A DNA stretch of 63,956 nt, filler included, from Octopus bimaculoides (taxonomy: Eukaryota): assembly GCF_001194135.2 (NCBI RefSeq). It is 5 parts of 5 records of this genome, joined end to end, with 100 filler letters (N's around TTAATTAATTAA, not from the genome) between each part and the next. Parts side by side here need not be neighbours in the genome. Positions count along the whole stretch, not along the records: positions 1 to 22,845 come from NC_068982.1; 4 more parts are not named here. One strand, written 5' to 3'. The translations under genes and the position numbers were made by a program. The notes under the pieces were generated by a model. The model was not told the origin of the DNA and did not search any database. It was given only the letters and a program-made list of their open reading frames with translations. Shown one piece after another: positions 1 through 12,790 of this stretch. Every line of letters starts with the position of its first letter. Within the stretch, counting starts at the first letter, position 1.

Positions 1-152
1 TATACACACACATACATATATATATACATACGACGGGCTTCTTTCAGTTTCCATCTACCAAATCCACTCACAAGGCTTTGGTCGGCCCAAGGCTATAGTA
101 GAAGACACTTGCCCAAGGTGCCACGCAGTGGGACTGAACCCGGAACCATGCA
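1..152 (-). mobile_element. tRNA-derived SINE family A, partial
   Basis: gacgggcttctttcagtttcc...gggactgaacccggaaccatg, the reverse complement of the family head region. Confidence 0.85.
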
Positions 153-173
153 GTTCGTAATATATATACACGC

Positions 174-230
<57 letters not shown>

Positions 231-605
231 CACAAACACACACATATATATATATACACACACACATATATCATCATCATTTAATGTCCATTTCCCATGC
301 TGATGGCTTGACCAGGAGTGGTAAGCTAGAGATCTGTTTTGGCATGATCTTTACAGTTGGATGCCATTCCTAATATCAACCACCCAAATCCACAAATCCA
401 CGCACAAGGTTTTGACCAGCCCCAGGCTATAATAAAAGACAGTTGTCTAAGGTGTCATGCAATAGGACTGAATCTGAAACCGCGTGATCCAATCGGGAAG
501 CAAATATTTTACCATGCAGCCACACCGAATTATGAACTACTGAACTTGAAATCAGAGGCTGAACATCCTATTGTATCAGTGAACTAACACTCTGCTCTTC
601 TGTAG

Positions 606-650
606 GTTATTATTCTAGACAATACAGCCATCATTTATTTGCATGGCCAA
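606..650 (+). CDS. Candidate internal coding exon (45 nt, phase 0-0) of unidentified host gene: VIILDNTAIIYLHGQ
   Basis: Branch-like ACTAAC and pyrimidine tract ending ctgtAG at 605; open frame; CAA|GTAACG donor at 651; lies in non-repetitive sequence. Confidence 0.45.
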
Positions 651-679
651 GTAACGATTAATATAAACAGACAACTTTC

Positions 680-960
680 TTTTTTTAACTATCAGATATT
701 GATTTGTATCATCTACTATCCATTCATACGACTAGGCATTGATTGATTTCTATTTATTTGTATACTTAGATATTTATTGATTAGTACTAGAAGGTATTGC
801 GCCACCATATACTGGTATTGGTTTGTACCATAAGATATTGATCAGCACAAGATATTGATTTATTTTAAAAGGTGTAGATTTGTACCATCAAGTATCAATC
901 TACATCAGATAATGACTTACACCACAAGCTATTGATTTGTATTGATTTCTTGTTTGATTT
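680..960. repeat. Degenerate ~20 bp minisatellite
   Basis: Recurring gatattgatttgtaccatca-like units. Confidence 0.55.
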
Positions 961-1190
961 TACACAAAAGTTAAGGTACATAGCAAGATATTCTGCAATT
1001 AAGCTAAAATAGGTACCATTTTACTTTTCATGGTTAGATTTCTTTGGCATTGTTAATGATGTCTACATTTACAACCGTTAAAAAAAAAAGCAATTTGCGG
1101 AGATTTCTGAATCTGTCCAATTTTTAACAAAGCAATAAACAAAGATTTTATGTGTCTTTGCGTGTAAAAACTAGAGGTAGTCGATAGCTT

Positions 1191-2230
1191 CCGCTATCTG
1201 GGCGACCAAGTTAGTAGTGGGGGTGGGTGCGCTGAAAGTGTAGCTGCTAGAATAAGAATAGCCTGGGCAAAGTTTAGAGAGCTCTTACCCCTGCTGGCGA
1301 CAAAGGGACTCTCACTCAGAGTAAAAGGCAGACTGTATGACGCATGCGTACGAACAACCATGCTACATGGCAGTGAAACATGGGCTGTAACTGCTGAGGA
1401 CATACGTAAGCTCGCAAGGAATGAAGCCAGTATGCTCCGTTGGATGTGTAATGTCAATGTGAATACCCGTCAGAGTGTAAGTATCTTGAGAGNNNNNNNN
1501 NNNNNNNNNNNNNNNNNNNNNNNNNNNNNNNNNNNNNNNNNNNNNNNNNNNNNNNNNNNNNNNNNNNNNNNNNNNNNNNNNNNNNNNNNNNNNNNNNNNN
1601 NNNNNNNNNNNNNNNNNNNNNNNNNNNNNNNNNNNNNNNNNNNNNNNNNNNNNNNNNNNNNNNNNNNNNNNNNNNNNNNNNNNNNNNNNNNNNNNNNNNN
1701 NNNNNNNNNNNNNNNNNNNNNNNNNNNNNNNNNNNNNNNNNNNNNNNNNNNNNNNNNNNNNNNNNNNNNNNNNNNNNNNNNNNNNNNNNNNNNNNNNNNN
1801 NNNNNNNNNNNNNNNNNNNNNNNNNNNNNNNNNNNNNNNNNNNNNNNNNNNNNNNNNNNNNNNNNNNNNNNNNNNNNNNNNNNNNNNNNNNNNNNNNNNN
1901 NNNNNNNNNGTGGCCGTTGCCAGTACCGCCTGACTGGCTCCTGTAGGATTTTCGAGCGAGATCGTTGCCAGTGCCCCTGGACTGGCTTGTGCGGGTGGCA
2001 CATAAAAGACACCATTTCGAGCGTGGCCGTTTTCGTGCGGGTGACACGTAAAAGCACCCACTACACTCTCTGAGTGGTTGGCGTTAGGAAGGGCATCCAG
2101 CTGTAGAAACTCTGCCAAATCAGACTGGAGCCTGGTGTTGCCATCCGGTTTCACCAGTCCTCAGTCAAATCGTCCAACCCATGCTAGCATGGAAAGCGGA
2201 CGTTAAACGATGATGATGATGATGATGATA
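1191..2230 (+). mobile_element. 5'-truncated RTE-clade LINE (post-RT ORF end, 3' UTR, (GAT)n tail), gap inside
   Basis: Translates YLGDQVSSGGGCAESVAARIRIAWAKFRELLPLL...LYDACVRTTMLHGSETW, an RTE-type thumb/C-terminal region; ends catggaaagcggacgttaaac(gat)n. Confidence 0.85.
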
Positions 2231-3208
2231 CATATATATATACACATACATCATATATATATACATACATACACACATACACACATACACACATACACAT
2301 ATATATATACATACATACCTGCATATATATATATAATATATAAAGGAAATGGAGAGTGTCACTCATATTTAGTGACAATTATAGTTTTCTTTTTTGGTAA
2401 CATATTGCACATGGCTGTCTTTATCAGGTGTCTATATATAGGTGTGTGTGTGTGTGTGTGTGGGTATGTGTGTATACATACATACATACATACATACATA
2501 CATACATACATCCATACATCCATCCATACATACATCCATCCATCTATACATACAAAGGAACCTTGGATCTAGGTTAGATGCCGGCATTTTCTCTGTTGAC
2601 AAGAAATCTTGAAATAAAACTGAATAATGACATACATACATATATACACACTTATATACATGCAAACACACATGCATACATACATACATACATACATACA
2701 TACATACATACATGTGATGGTCTGTAGCCATGCGATTATGATTTTACACTCCTGACTACAAGATTATACTTTTGATTCTCAGAAGAGAAATGCTTTGTGT
2801 TTTTGAGCAAAACACTTCATTTGCCATTGCTCCAGTTCATTCAGCTGCAAAGGACTGGCATTCTTTTCTGAAGGGATGTCCACCTGCCTGCCTAGCCAGT
2901 GAACTGGAATCATTTGAAAGCTGCAACAATGTGAGGGAGCACATTGTGATAGTGGCGTATAACAAAATCTAATAGTCCGGTTGATACAAGAATATATATA
3001 TATACATGCATACATTCATACCTATAATTATTGTCGCACTGGGATATATAATACGCTGCCTAAGTACTAATCTTGAGAAATTAGGCTTTTCAAAATCAGA
3101 AAGAATAAGACTGATTTAAAAACTACTGATCCAAGCAATCATTGGAACTGTAAAAATCTGTAAAACTTTCCAGAAGTTTATCATTTAAGTATATATGAGC
3201 ATGTCTAG

Positions 3209-3429
3209 CCCTTTAGTGTTCACATTATTCTACCATAATTAATGCTTTTTTATCCACATTATTTTGAACTAATCATGCATTATCTCGTAGCTATGAGATT
3301 TTGATGAGGTAGCTGTTAATTTTCAAAACAATATTGTAGGGTTGGTGTGAGAGACCAGATCTGGCCAGTTTGAACATAGAATAGGCAGAATACTTTTGGC
3401 TGGATATGGCCGGTTTAAATGCTAAAGGG
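3209..3429. mobile_element. piggyBac-like MITE (CCCTTTAG...CTAAAGGG) with CTAG target duplication
   Basis: TIR ccctttag 3209-3216 and ctaaaggg 3422-3429; CTAG at 3205-3208 and 3430-3433. Confidence 0.7.
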
Positions 3430-3449
3430 CTAGACATACAATTATATCT

Positions 3450-3855
3450 TTTATCTTTGACTTGTTTCACTCATTTGACTGACCATGCTGTGGCACCTCC
3501 TTGAAATTTTAGTAAAACGTATTGACCCCAATAATTATTGTTTTTTTTTTAAAGTGTAGTCCTTACCCTATTGTTCCTTTTTCTGAACTGCTAAGCTATG
3601 AAGACAGAAACACACCAACACTGGTTGCCAAGCAGTGGTGGACACACGCAAACACACACACATGCGTGTGCGTGCACACACACATACATATACATGATGG
3701 ACTTCTTTCAGCTTCTGTCTACCAAATCCACTCACAAGTCTTTGGTCGGCACTAGGCTGTAGTAGAAGACACTCGCCCAAGGTGCCACACGGTAGGACTG
3801 AACCCTGAAACCATGTGGTTGGGAAGCAAGCTTCTTACCATACAGCCACACCTGT
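3450..3855 (-). mobile_element. SINE family A, near full length
   Basis: Colinear with the other copies, with internal CA microsatellite. Confidence 0.8.
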
Positions 3856-4290
3856 CACATATGCACGAGAATACATACATAAAACTAAACATAGAAATCA
3901 GTACATGCACTGACTCCAAATACTGCACATATACACATACACTCATGCTAGAATACCCTGTTGATGTTGTTGAAATTCCAATGAAAGGGCCTTGGATCTG
4001 GGTTAGAAACCAGCTCTGTTTCTATTGATAAGAAATCTTGAAATAAAATTGAATAATGACATACATACATACATGCATGCATACATACATGCATACATAC
4101 ATATATACGTACATACATACATACATACATACATACATACATACATACATACATACATGCATGCAAAAATACCCATTTATGTTGTTGAAATTCCAATGAA
4201 GGAGCCATGGATCTAGGTTAGAAACTGACTCTTTCTCTATTGGCAAGAAATTTTGAAATAAAACTGAATAATGACATACATACATACATA

Positions 4291-4888
4291 CATTATCTAC
4301 ATTGAACGGATATATGTCCTCATCTTGTTTGTTGTTACCTAAACATTTTGGCTGATTTACTCTCCAGCCTTCATCAGGTCTCCTAGTAGAATTTTAGCGC
4401 TCATATATCTAATATTCTCCTATCCTTCCTTAATACCAGTTCCCATATTCTACTCATATCTGCACTAGGTCTGCTTAGGAGGTTGTTGTGTCCTAGCATA
4501 TGTGCTGCCTCTTTTAGTTTTCCTATTTTCCAGTTGTGTACTCTGTCTATTATTTTAACTTCATCCCACAGGGGAAGGTGGTCTCTGTTTTTTCCATACA
4601 TGACCAGGTACACCCGATTTTTCAACATCTCCTTGTGTCACAGTTTTATGATGTTCCTCTACCCTTATTTTGAGTGGGCAGAATGTTTTGCCTTAGTATA
4701 ACCTACCACAACTGCATGGGATGGAGTACATGCAGTTTTTGGTCACATTCTCTCCTACTGGTGGTTTTACTTGAAGGAGATATTTGTGAAGTGTTGTAAA
4801 TCAACTGAAACATTGTGGTAACAATAAACAAGATGAGGACACATATCTGTCCAATGTAAATAATGTAAATAGTGCACAGAATTCCTCA

Positions 4889-4890
<2 letters not shown>
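4291..4890 (-). mobile_element. Penelope-like element remnant: GIY-YIG endonuclease end flanked by inverted pseudo-LTR arms
   Basis: Minus strand KNCMYSIPCSCGRLY*GKTFCPLKIRVEEH...LWDEVKIIDRVHNWKIGKLKEAAH; ~70 bp inverted repeat 4291-4360 vs 4796-4865. Confidence 0.85.
4340..4380 (-). ncRNA. Degenerate minimal hammerhead ribozyme in Penelope pLTR
   Basis: CTGATGA-A-GGCTG(loop)CAGCC-AAAA on the minus strand (GAAA mutated to AAAA). Confidence 0.6.
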
Positions 4891-4936
<46 letters not shown>

Positions 4937-5351
4937 CAGTAATACACACATACATACAAAAATACATACATACAGCCGGGCAGATAGACAGACAGTCAGA
5001 TACGTGTGTGTTTGTATATGTATTAAGAAATATTTCAATAAACTATAATAAAACACTATAGCTAGACAAACTACAAAGACTTTGTTGGTATTATCCTTTT
5101 TATTTTTTAATGATATTATCAACAGGCCAAACCAAACAGTAACCACCACATTACAATAATTGTACTTTCATTGTTGTTTTGTTATAGCCTTTGACCTTAA
5201 ACTGTCTGTTAAGAGATCCTCAATCAATATAGTTGTACTTTATGACAGTATTTGCAAAATTTGCTGAGGCTTCCACTTCTTTCAGATGGTATTTGTTGAC
5301 ATATATATGTGTGTATGTTTGTGTGCTTATAATCTATGTATATATTTATAT

Positions 5352-5454
<103 letters not shown>

Positions 5455-5467
5455 CACACAAACACAC

Positions 5468-5850
5468 ACATGGCTGTGTGGTGAGAAGTTTGCTTCTCAA
5501 CCAAATGGTTCTGGGTTCAGTCCCACAGCATGGCACCTTGTGCAAGTGTCTTCTGCTATAGCCTCGGGCCAACCAAAACCTTGTGAGTGGATTTAGTAGA
5601 CAGACACTGAAAGAAGTGTTCTGTATATACATGCACGTGTGTGTAGGGAGGGGGGGGGTATACTTTGTGTCTGTGTTTGTCCTCCAACACTGTTGAACAA
5701 CTGGTGTTGGTTTGTTTATGCCCCATAACTTACTTATTCAAGAAAAGAGACCAATAAAATTATGTACTGGGAAAAATTTGGTTAATCAAAATTCTTCAGA
5801 GTGGTGCTCCAGTATGGCTACAGCCTAATGACTGTGACAAGTAAAAGATA
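5468..5850 (+). mobile_element. SINE family A
   Basis: A box TGGCTGTGTGG, B box GGTTCAGTCCC; 3' end gacaagtaaaagataa. Confidence 0.8.
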
Positions 5851-6265
5851 AATGACACACTCACACACACGCATGTTTGTGTATATATACACATACATGT
5901 ATCATCATCATCATCATCATCATCATTTCCAGTCTGATTTGACATGGTTTCTATAGCTGAATACCTTTCCTAGCATGGAAAGCGGACGTTAAACGATGAT
6001 GATGATGATGAGGATGATACTTTTTTTATTAAAGCTGCAAAAACATCACAAAATCTGTGATTCATAGTTTCACGTTCCTGTTCCTCAGACAGTTCTTATC
6101 AAGACTATACGCATATATATATATATATATATATATATACATTTATATATGTATGTATGTATATATATGTATATATATATATGTGTGTGTATATATATAT
6201 GTATGTATGTATATATATATGTATATATATCATCATATGTGTGTATATATATATGCATATATATA

Positions 6266-6330
<65 letters not shown>

Positions 6331-7479
6331 TTGATGAAATAAAAGAATACACCAACTCCCATTGATGACATATATTTTATTATCTGTTCTATGAATATAA
6401 GTATTCTTTACATTTTATTTAGTACTTTTATTTTTCAGAGACAAATAAAAAAAAAAAATAAAAAATTGTTCTGACTTTACCCAGCATGCTTTTCCTGTAT
6501 TGTTTCTAAAATATGTCATTTTGTCATGTTAGATGAATGTTTATGTTCTGATATTACTTAACCTAAATTGATAAGACTGTGTTTCTGTCATATTTTACTA
6601 AAACATACCTAACAATTTAAGTCTCCTAAGAACAACCAATATGTTGTTTAGCCCTAGGTCAACCCTGAGGGAGACCTATAAATTACAGCTCTGCAGCCAT
6701 GATCATCCTTGTTTTATCTTTAATCTTTTCATCTGTTTCAGTCATTAAACTGTAGCCATGCTGGGGCACTGCCTTGAAGAATTTTTAGTCAAATGAATTG
6801 ACCCCTGTACTTATTTTTATATGCCTCGTATTTACTTTATCGGTCTCTTTTGCCAAACTTGTAAGTTACAGGGATGAAAACACACCAACACTGATCGTCA
6901 AGCAATGGTAGAGTACAAAGACAGGTACAAAACACACAAACACACACACACACCTATATATATATATGTCACCTTTTCTAATCCCTCCACCTCTCAAAGA
7001 TTCCTTGTCTTGCAAGTTACTTGGTGACTCTGCCAGTATTGGTGCCACTTAAAAAGCAACCAGGTGCAGCCATCTGGTTCACCAGTCCTCAGTCTAACCA
7101 TCCAACCCATGCTAGCATGGAAAGCAGACGTTAAGCGATGATGATGATGATGATATAGATGATTCTGGGATTCATTTAAATTTTTTATTCTTAAGCTTTT
7201 AAAGACTTAACCAATTTCACAGATTTCTCTGATATTCAAAGGTTGGAAGAGAAAGATGTGGAGCTATGGTGCATGCAACTTTCGAAAATCAGAGACTTCT
7301 TTTTTCTATATTTCTGCCTGAATGGAATAGAATAACTCAATTTTATACATACATACATACATACATACATACATACATACATACATACATACATACATAC
7401 ATGCATACATACATACATGCATACATACATACATATATACATATATATATGTATTGCCATGATTGACCGCTAGTTACTA

Positions 7480-7645
7480 AAACTTTCTTATTTTATTCTC
7501 TTTCTGTTTATTTTCTTGTGTTCCTTTCTGTTGAAGAGCATAAGCTCGAAATATTAGACTTTCTCACCTTCTCAAGCATTAAACTAATATACCTGTTTGT
7601 TGTTTACACACCTGTCTTCGTAATTTATTTTTTGTAAATTCCAAC
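7480..7645 (+). mobile_element. Solo Penelope-type pLTR with degenerate minimal hammerhead
   Basis: CTGTTGA-A-GAGC ataa GCTC-GAAA at 7528-7551; related copy at 50930-51080 (+) and a more distant one at ~37100-37275 (-). Confidence 0.55.
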
Positions 7646-8174
7646 TATATATATATATATATATCTCAATGGGCTTCTTTTAATTTCCCTTTATCAAATC
7701 TACTTGCAAGGCTTTGATTGGCCCATGGCTATAGTAGAAAACACTTGCTCAAGGTGCCACACATTGGGACTGACCCTGGAACCATATCATTTGTCATTAG
7801 AAAGCAAATTTCTTATCACAGAGCCATGCTTGTTTTGTGTTGTTTTCTTTTTGTTTTATTTTTTTTCAACAAAATGTATTTAAGATTATGTTATCCAATG
7901 TGTTCTTCAGGAAAATGAAGTATGAGAAGGTTTAGCTGTTTCTTTTCTTTTTTTTTTTTATTTGGCAGGTCAACAATCACATAAAGACTTCCAACTTTTC
8001 TAGCAAGCCAAATCAAAGCAAAATTCTTTCATTGCCTTCTGTTTGTTGTTGTTGTTGTTTACCTTTAAGTCCACCCTGATTAAGTTGACATGTGATCAGT
8101 GGGGTACAGCCTTGACCATTAGTGCTTTGTTTATGAATAGTCAGTGGCCACCTTTATTTTTTATTATGTAACAG

Positions 8175-8212
8175 GTTACGTTGTGGTTAAATTTTTCAAA
8201 CTCTGTGAGACT
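8175..8212 (+). CDS. Weak candidate exon (phase 1-0): (G)YVVVKFFKLCET
   Basis: Strong T-rich acceptor ending taacAG at 8174; ACT|GTAATA donor; no phase-1 upstream partner identified. Confidence 0.25.
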
Positions 8213-9214
8213 GTAATATTCAATATGGAAAAGATATAATATTGCTTACAGTTTTTATTTGTATGCAAGGTTAGTATACAAATCTGTAGTAGTAGTTGGG
8301 AGTTCTGTGGTACAAGCAGAATGACAAGAATGAAACTTGCATGCCCTTAGATGTGTGTCTGTAGGACAATCTGTCAGCTAGAAAGTGAAAGTGTGTGGAA
8401 GCAAAAAAAATACTGACTGCTGATGTTCTTTGAGTGTGATTTGAAGGGAGATGTGACTGCTATTTCTAGCAGGTCAAACAACCACGTGAAGGCTCCTTTG
8501 TTGTCTTATGCAATTAACTATGTCAATCACAGGTGAGAAAGATTGATTACATAATTAACCAGCACCATCTCCACCACTAGGAAAGCATTCACCACAAACA
8601 TATACACCACCACCACCACCACCGTCATCACCAACATCATTATTACTCCTGCTGCTGCTATCTCTAGCTTATTAGTGACTCTAGTGAATGACTGATGTTG
8701 GCCAATAGGCTGTTTTGAGAAGACAACCAGCTGGTCAATAAGTTATCAACTTGACATGTGTGTTCCATATAAGCATATCATTTATAATGATACCAACTAG
8801 AAGAGGAGATGAAATAATTGGGCTTTCTGTATGTCACTGCACCTGTGTCTGTTTGTGTGTGTGTGTGTGTGTGTGTGAGTGCATGAGTATGTGTGTGCAT
8901 GTGTGTCTGTGTATTTGCAAATACACACACTTGTAAATACACACATTTGTAAATACTCGTAAAGATACATAACACACACACAGACACAGACAGATACACA
9001 CATATAGAAAGAAATACAGATAAATAAATATAAGGATAGATAGATAGATATAAATATAGACATACATCATCCATATGTTCATACATGCAGGCATACATAC
9101 ATACATACATACATACATACATACATGCATACATACATACATACATACATACATGCATACATACATGCCAACTAACCCCCAACAATTACAGATCACCTCA
9201 CCTGGTGAATAGTG

Positions 9215-9460
9215 TTATTCTTTTACTTGTTTCAGTCATTTGACTGTGGCCATGCTGGAGCGCTGCCTTTAGTCGAGCAAATCAACCCCAGGACTTATTC
9301 TTTGGAAGCCTAGTACTTATTCTATCAGTTGCTTTTTTGCTGAACTGCTAAGTTACGGGGATGTAAACACACCACCATCGGTTGTCAAGCGATGTTGGGG
9401 TGGGGGACAAACACAGACACACAAACATATATACACATACATACATATATATATATATAT
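9215..9460 (-). mobile_element. SINE family A, 3' half
   Basis: tttcagtcatttgactgtggccatgctggagc... up to the internal microsatellite. Confidence 0.85.
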
Positions 9461-9546
9461 ACTTTATTTAAAAGCAGCAATTACTCTACCTCTGGTATTT
9501 GAGTACTCATTTTTCTACCTTGTTGCACATTTCATGTGCTTACTCC

Positions 9547-9604
<58 letters not shown>

Positions 9605-11479
9605 CATGGTTCAGCCTGTGGTCCTTTTTCAGTAATGGCATGCTATGGTATATAATGTTGACTTCACTGTTTTGGGGTTTCTAGGTGGAGTTGTAAGGTA
9701 GCACCTTCAATTCCAATTTATTTCTTTTGCTTGTCTTAGTTTCTGGATAATGAATTTCTTGACTTGTTCTATTTTACTAATGATTTTGGGTAATTCCTAT
9801 AAAGGAGTATATTGTTCAGTTGCTAGAGACTTGTGTTAGATATGTTTTTATTGAATATTATGCACAGATCCTTTTGGCTAGGTTATAAAGTACATTTATC
9901 CTGGATGCCATGGCCTGAAAGGAAAATATTGTTTTGAGTCTGAAGGTTTACAGTAAATGTCCATCTCTATTTGGTTGTTAGCTTTCTTTATAAGAATGTC
10001 TAAACATGGGAGTCAGTTATGGCTATTGATTATTTTTATTAATGTTTTTGAGAAGAATTTCAAATTCTTTTAGTTTCTTTATACTTTCATTCTATAGATT
10101 GAAGCAATTGTTGAAGTATCTATTCCAATTTTCTGATATATATATANNNNNNNNNNNNNNNNNNNNNNNNNNNNNNNNNNNNNNNNNNNNNNNNNNNNNN
10201 NNNNNNNNNNNNNNNNNNNNNNNNNNNNNNNNNNNNNNNNNNNNNNNNNNNNNNNNNNNNNNNNNNNNNNNNNNNNNNNNNNNNNNNNNNNNNNNNNNNN
10301 NNNNNNNNNNNNNNNNNNNNNNNNNNNNNNNNNNNNNNNNNNNNNNNNNNNNNNNNNNNNNNNNNNNNNNNNNNNNNNNNNNNNNNNNNNNNNNNNNNNN
10401 NNNNNNNNNNNNNNNNNNNNNNNNNNNNNNNNNNNNNNNNNNNNNNNNNNNNNNNNNNNNNNNNNNNNNNNNNNNNNNNNNNNNNNNNNNNNNNNNNNNN
10501 NNNNNNNNNNNNNNNNNNNNNNNNNNNNNNNNNNNNNNNNNNNNNNNNNNNNNNNNNNNNNNNNNNNNNNNNNNNNNNNNNNNNNNNNNNNNNNNNNNNN
10601 NNNNNNNNNNNNNNNNNNNNNNNNNNNNNNNNNNNNNNNNNNNNNNNNNNNNNNNNNNNNNNNNNNNNNNNNNNNNNNNNNNNNNNNNNNNNNNNNNNNN
10701 NNNNNNNNNNNNNNNNNNNNNNNNNNNNNNNNNNNNNNNNNNNNNNNNNNNNNNNNNNNNNNNNNNNNNNNNNNNNNNNNNNNNNNNNNNNNNNNNNNNN
10801 NNNNNNNNNNNNNNNNNNNNNNNNNNNNNNNNNNNNNNNNNNNNNNNNNNNNNNNNNNNNNNNNNNNNNNNNNNNNNNNNNNNNNNNNNNNNNNNNNNNN
10901 NNNNNNNNNNNNNNNNNNNNNNNNNNNNNNNNNNNNNNNNNNNNNNNNNNNNNNNNNNNNNNNNNNNNNNNNNNNNNNNNNNNTATATGTATATGTATAT
11001 ATATATGTATATATTTATCTATCTCTCTCTACATGCATGTGTGTGTGTGTGAGTATACACATACACGCACACATGTGTGCCTGCATGCACGTGTGTTTGT
11101 GTGCGTGTGTGCGTGTGTTTGTGTGCGTGTGTGCGCGCGCGTGTGTGCGTGTGTGTGTGTGTGTGTGCGTGTGCGTGTGCGTGTGTGTGTTTGTACATGT
11201 ATATTGGTTTGTCTGGAAAAATTTGTTTAGGATTTTCATATCAGAAACAGAAACATTTGAGGTATAGTTAATCAAACAATAGTTTTGGGAAATACTAGAA
11301 TTGTCAACTTCAGTTGTGAAGCAGCAAATTTTGGCAGCTTTCATTTAACTCTCCAAATAGCTGGTGTGTTTACATCCCTGTAACTTAGTAGTTCAGTAAA
11401 AGAGACCGATGGAATAAGTACTAGGCTTACAAAGAATAAGTCCTGGGGTTAATTTGTTCGACTAATGTTGAAAAACCAA

Positions 11480-12147
11480 AAGATGCACTTTCATCATTGC
11501 TATCCATCCATTTCTTTGCGTAACTTGTTCAGACCAATGCAACTCTTCCATGTTAAATGTCTAAACGGCCATCATATTCTCAACCTGATAGCCAATCTCT
11601 TCCACAAGTTGGCTGATATATGTCCTTCTTGATCTGTCAATATCTGCATCTCCATGTGTGGGTTTCCAGCAAAGGAAATCGCCGGATATTTCAATCCCTG
11701 CTTCTCCAGCAGTGTCCTGCATAATGTTAATCTTTCTCAGATTACAGAGGTAATGGTGCTAAGAAGATTGCCACAGAATCACTGCTTTGTAGGGTGTTGC
11801 TGCCAGGAAGGACTGAAAACTGCATGAAGCATTCACATGTATGAACTCTCATGTTTCTTTACAAGTGCCTTGTTCAGTGTCCATGATGAAGAAATAGAGT
11901 GTAGTATTGGCTGATTCAATGATTGTTATGATGCTTTAGTCTTTTATTTTTTTTAATCTTTTATCTGTTTCAGTCAACAGACTGGGGCACCATCTTGAAG
12001 AATTTTTAGTTGAATAAATTGACCTCAGTACCTATTTTTTTAAAGCCTGGTACTAATTCTATTGGTCTCTTCACAGGAACATAAACACACCAACACTGGT
12101 TGTCAAGTAGTGGTGGGGCAAACATAGACACAAGGGCACACACATAA

Positions 12148-12180
<33 letters not shown>

Positions 12181-12500
12181 CACACACACACACACACACA
12201 TGCACACACACACACAGGCCTTCTTTCAGTTTCTGTCTATGAAATCCACTTACAGGGATACAGTCGGTTTGAGACTGTATAAGAAGACAATTGCCCAAGG
12301 TGCCATGCTGTAGTACTGAACCTGGAACCATATGATTGGGAAGCAAACTTCTTACTACACATCCATGGCTGTGCCTGTCAAGTTTCTTTCTAAGTCCCTT
12401 GTTCAGTTTCCATGCTGAAGAGCTATAGAACAGTAGTGGCTAATTCAATTACTGTTTTGAATAAACCCCTCTTCATGTTGTCATTGTTATGATGCTTTAT
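11480..12500 (-). mobile_element. Decayed RTE (BovB-like) LINE C-terminal fragment interrupted by a SINE
   Basis: Minus-strand peptide pieces SWQQHPTK and FAG resemble the RTE C-terminus; multiple stops; ~70 bp imperfect duplication either side of the SINE (11865-11935 and 12384-12450). Confidence 0.55.
11940..12372 (-). mobile_element. SINE family A
   Basis: Full colinear copy, diverged. Confidence 0.8.
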
Positions 12501-12619
12501 TATAAGCAATAAATATGTAAAATAAACAGATAAATAAATCACAGTAACAACCAGGAAAATGCAAAAAAATTGATGATCGTCTCATTACCTTTGTAGATGA
12601 AAATTGTTCTTATTAGCCA

Positions 12620-12790
12620 TCAGCTTTTTTAATAGTCATTCCAATGAAATCCCATACAACACTGTTAGAGAGCTGGTGCTAAATTTGGTTTTATTAAAAA
12701 CTGTTTCCATGAACATTTGAAGAAATTGGGCTACATAAACATGATGTTTGGCTTCTGGATTCTACATGATCTGATTAAGAAGAGCTTTTT
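12620..12790 (+). mobile_element. Small mariner transposase remnant
   Basis: TVREL and HLKKLGYINMMFGFWILHDL resemble mariner HL..LG...WVPH.L. Confidence 0.45.

Larger units (their letters stand above)
3012..4290 (+). mobile_element. 3' end of a REL-endonuclease (R4/Dong-like) non-LTR element, interrupted by a MITE and a SINE, with duplicated 3' terminus and (TACA)n tails
   Basis: 3012-3188 translates TFIPIIIVALGYIIRCLSTNLEKLGFSKSERIRLI*KLLIQAIIGTVKICKTFQKFII*; terminal block ggatct.ggttag...gaaataaaa.tgaataatgacatacata at ~3960-4070 and ~4180-4290, and again at ~2545-2640. Confidence 0.6.

Noticed and set aside
5190-5289. Possible exon(s) near 5.2 kb and 9.6 kb
   Set aside because: Either weak acceptors or in-frame stops; no phase-consistent placement in the exon chain
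10042-11052. Long ORFs spanning X-runs (also 38000-39010, 43446-44096, 45262-46036, 46625-47432)
   Set aside because: They are read-through of assembly N-gaps
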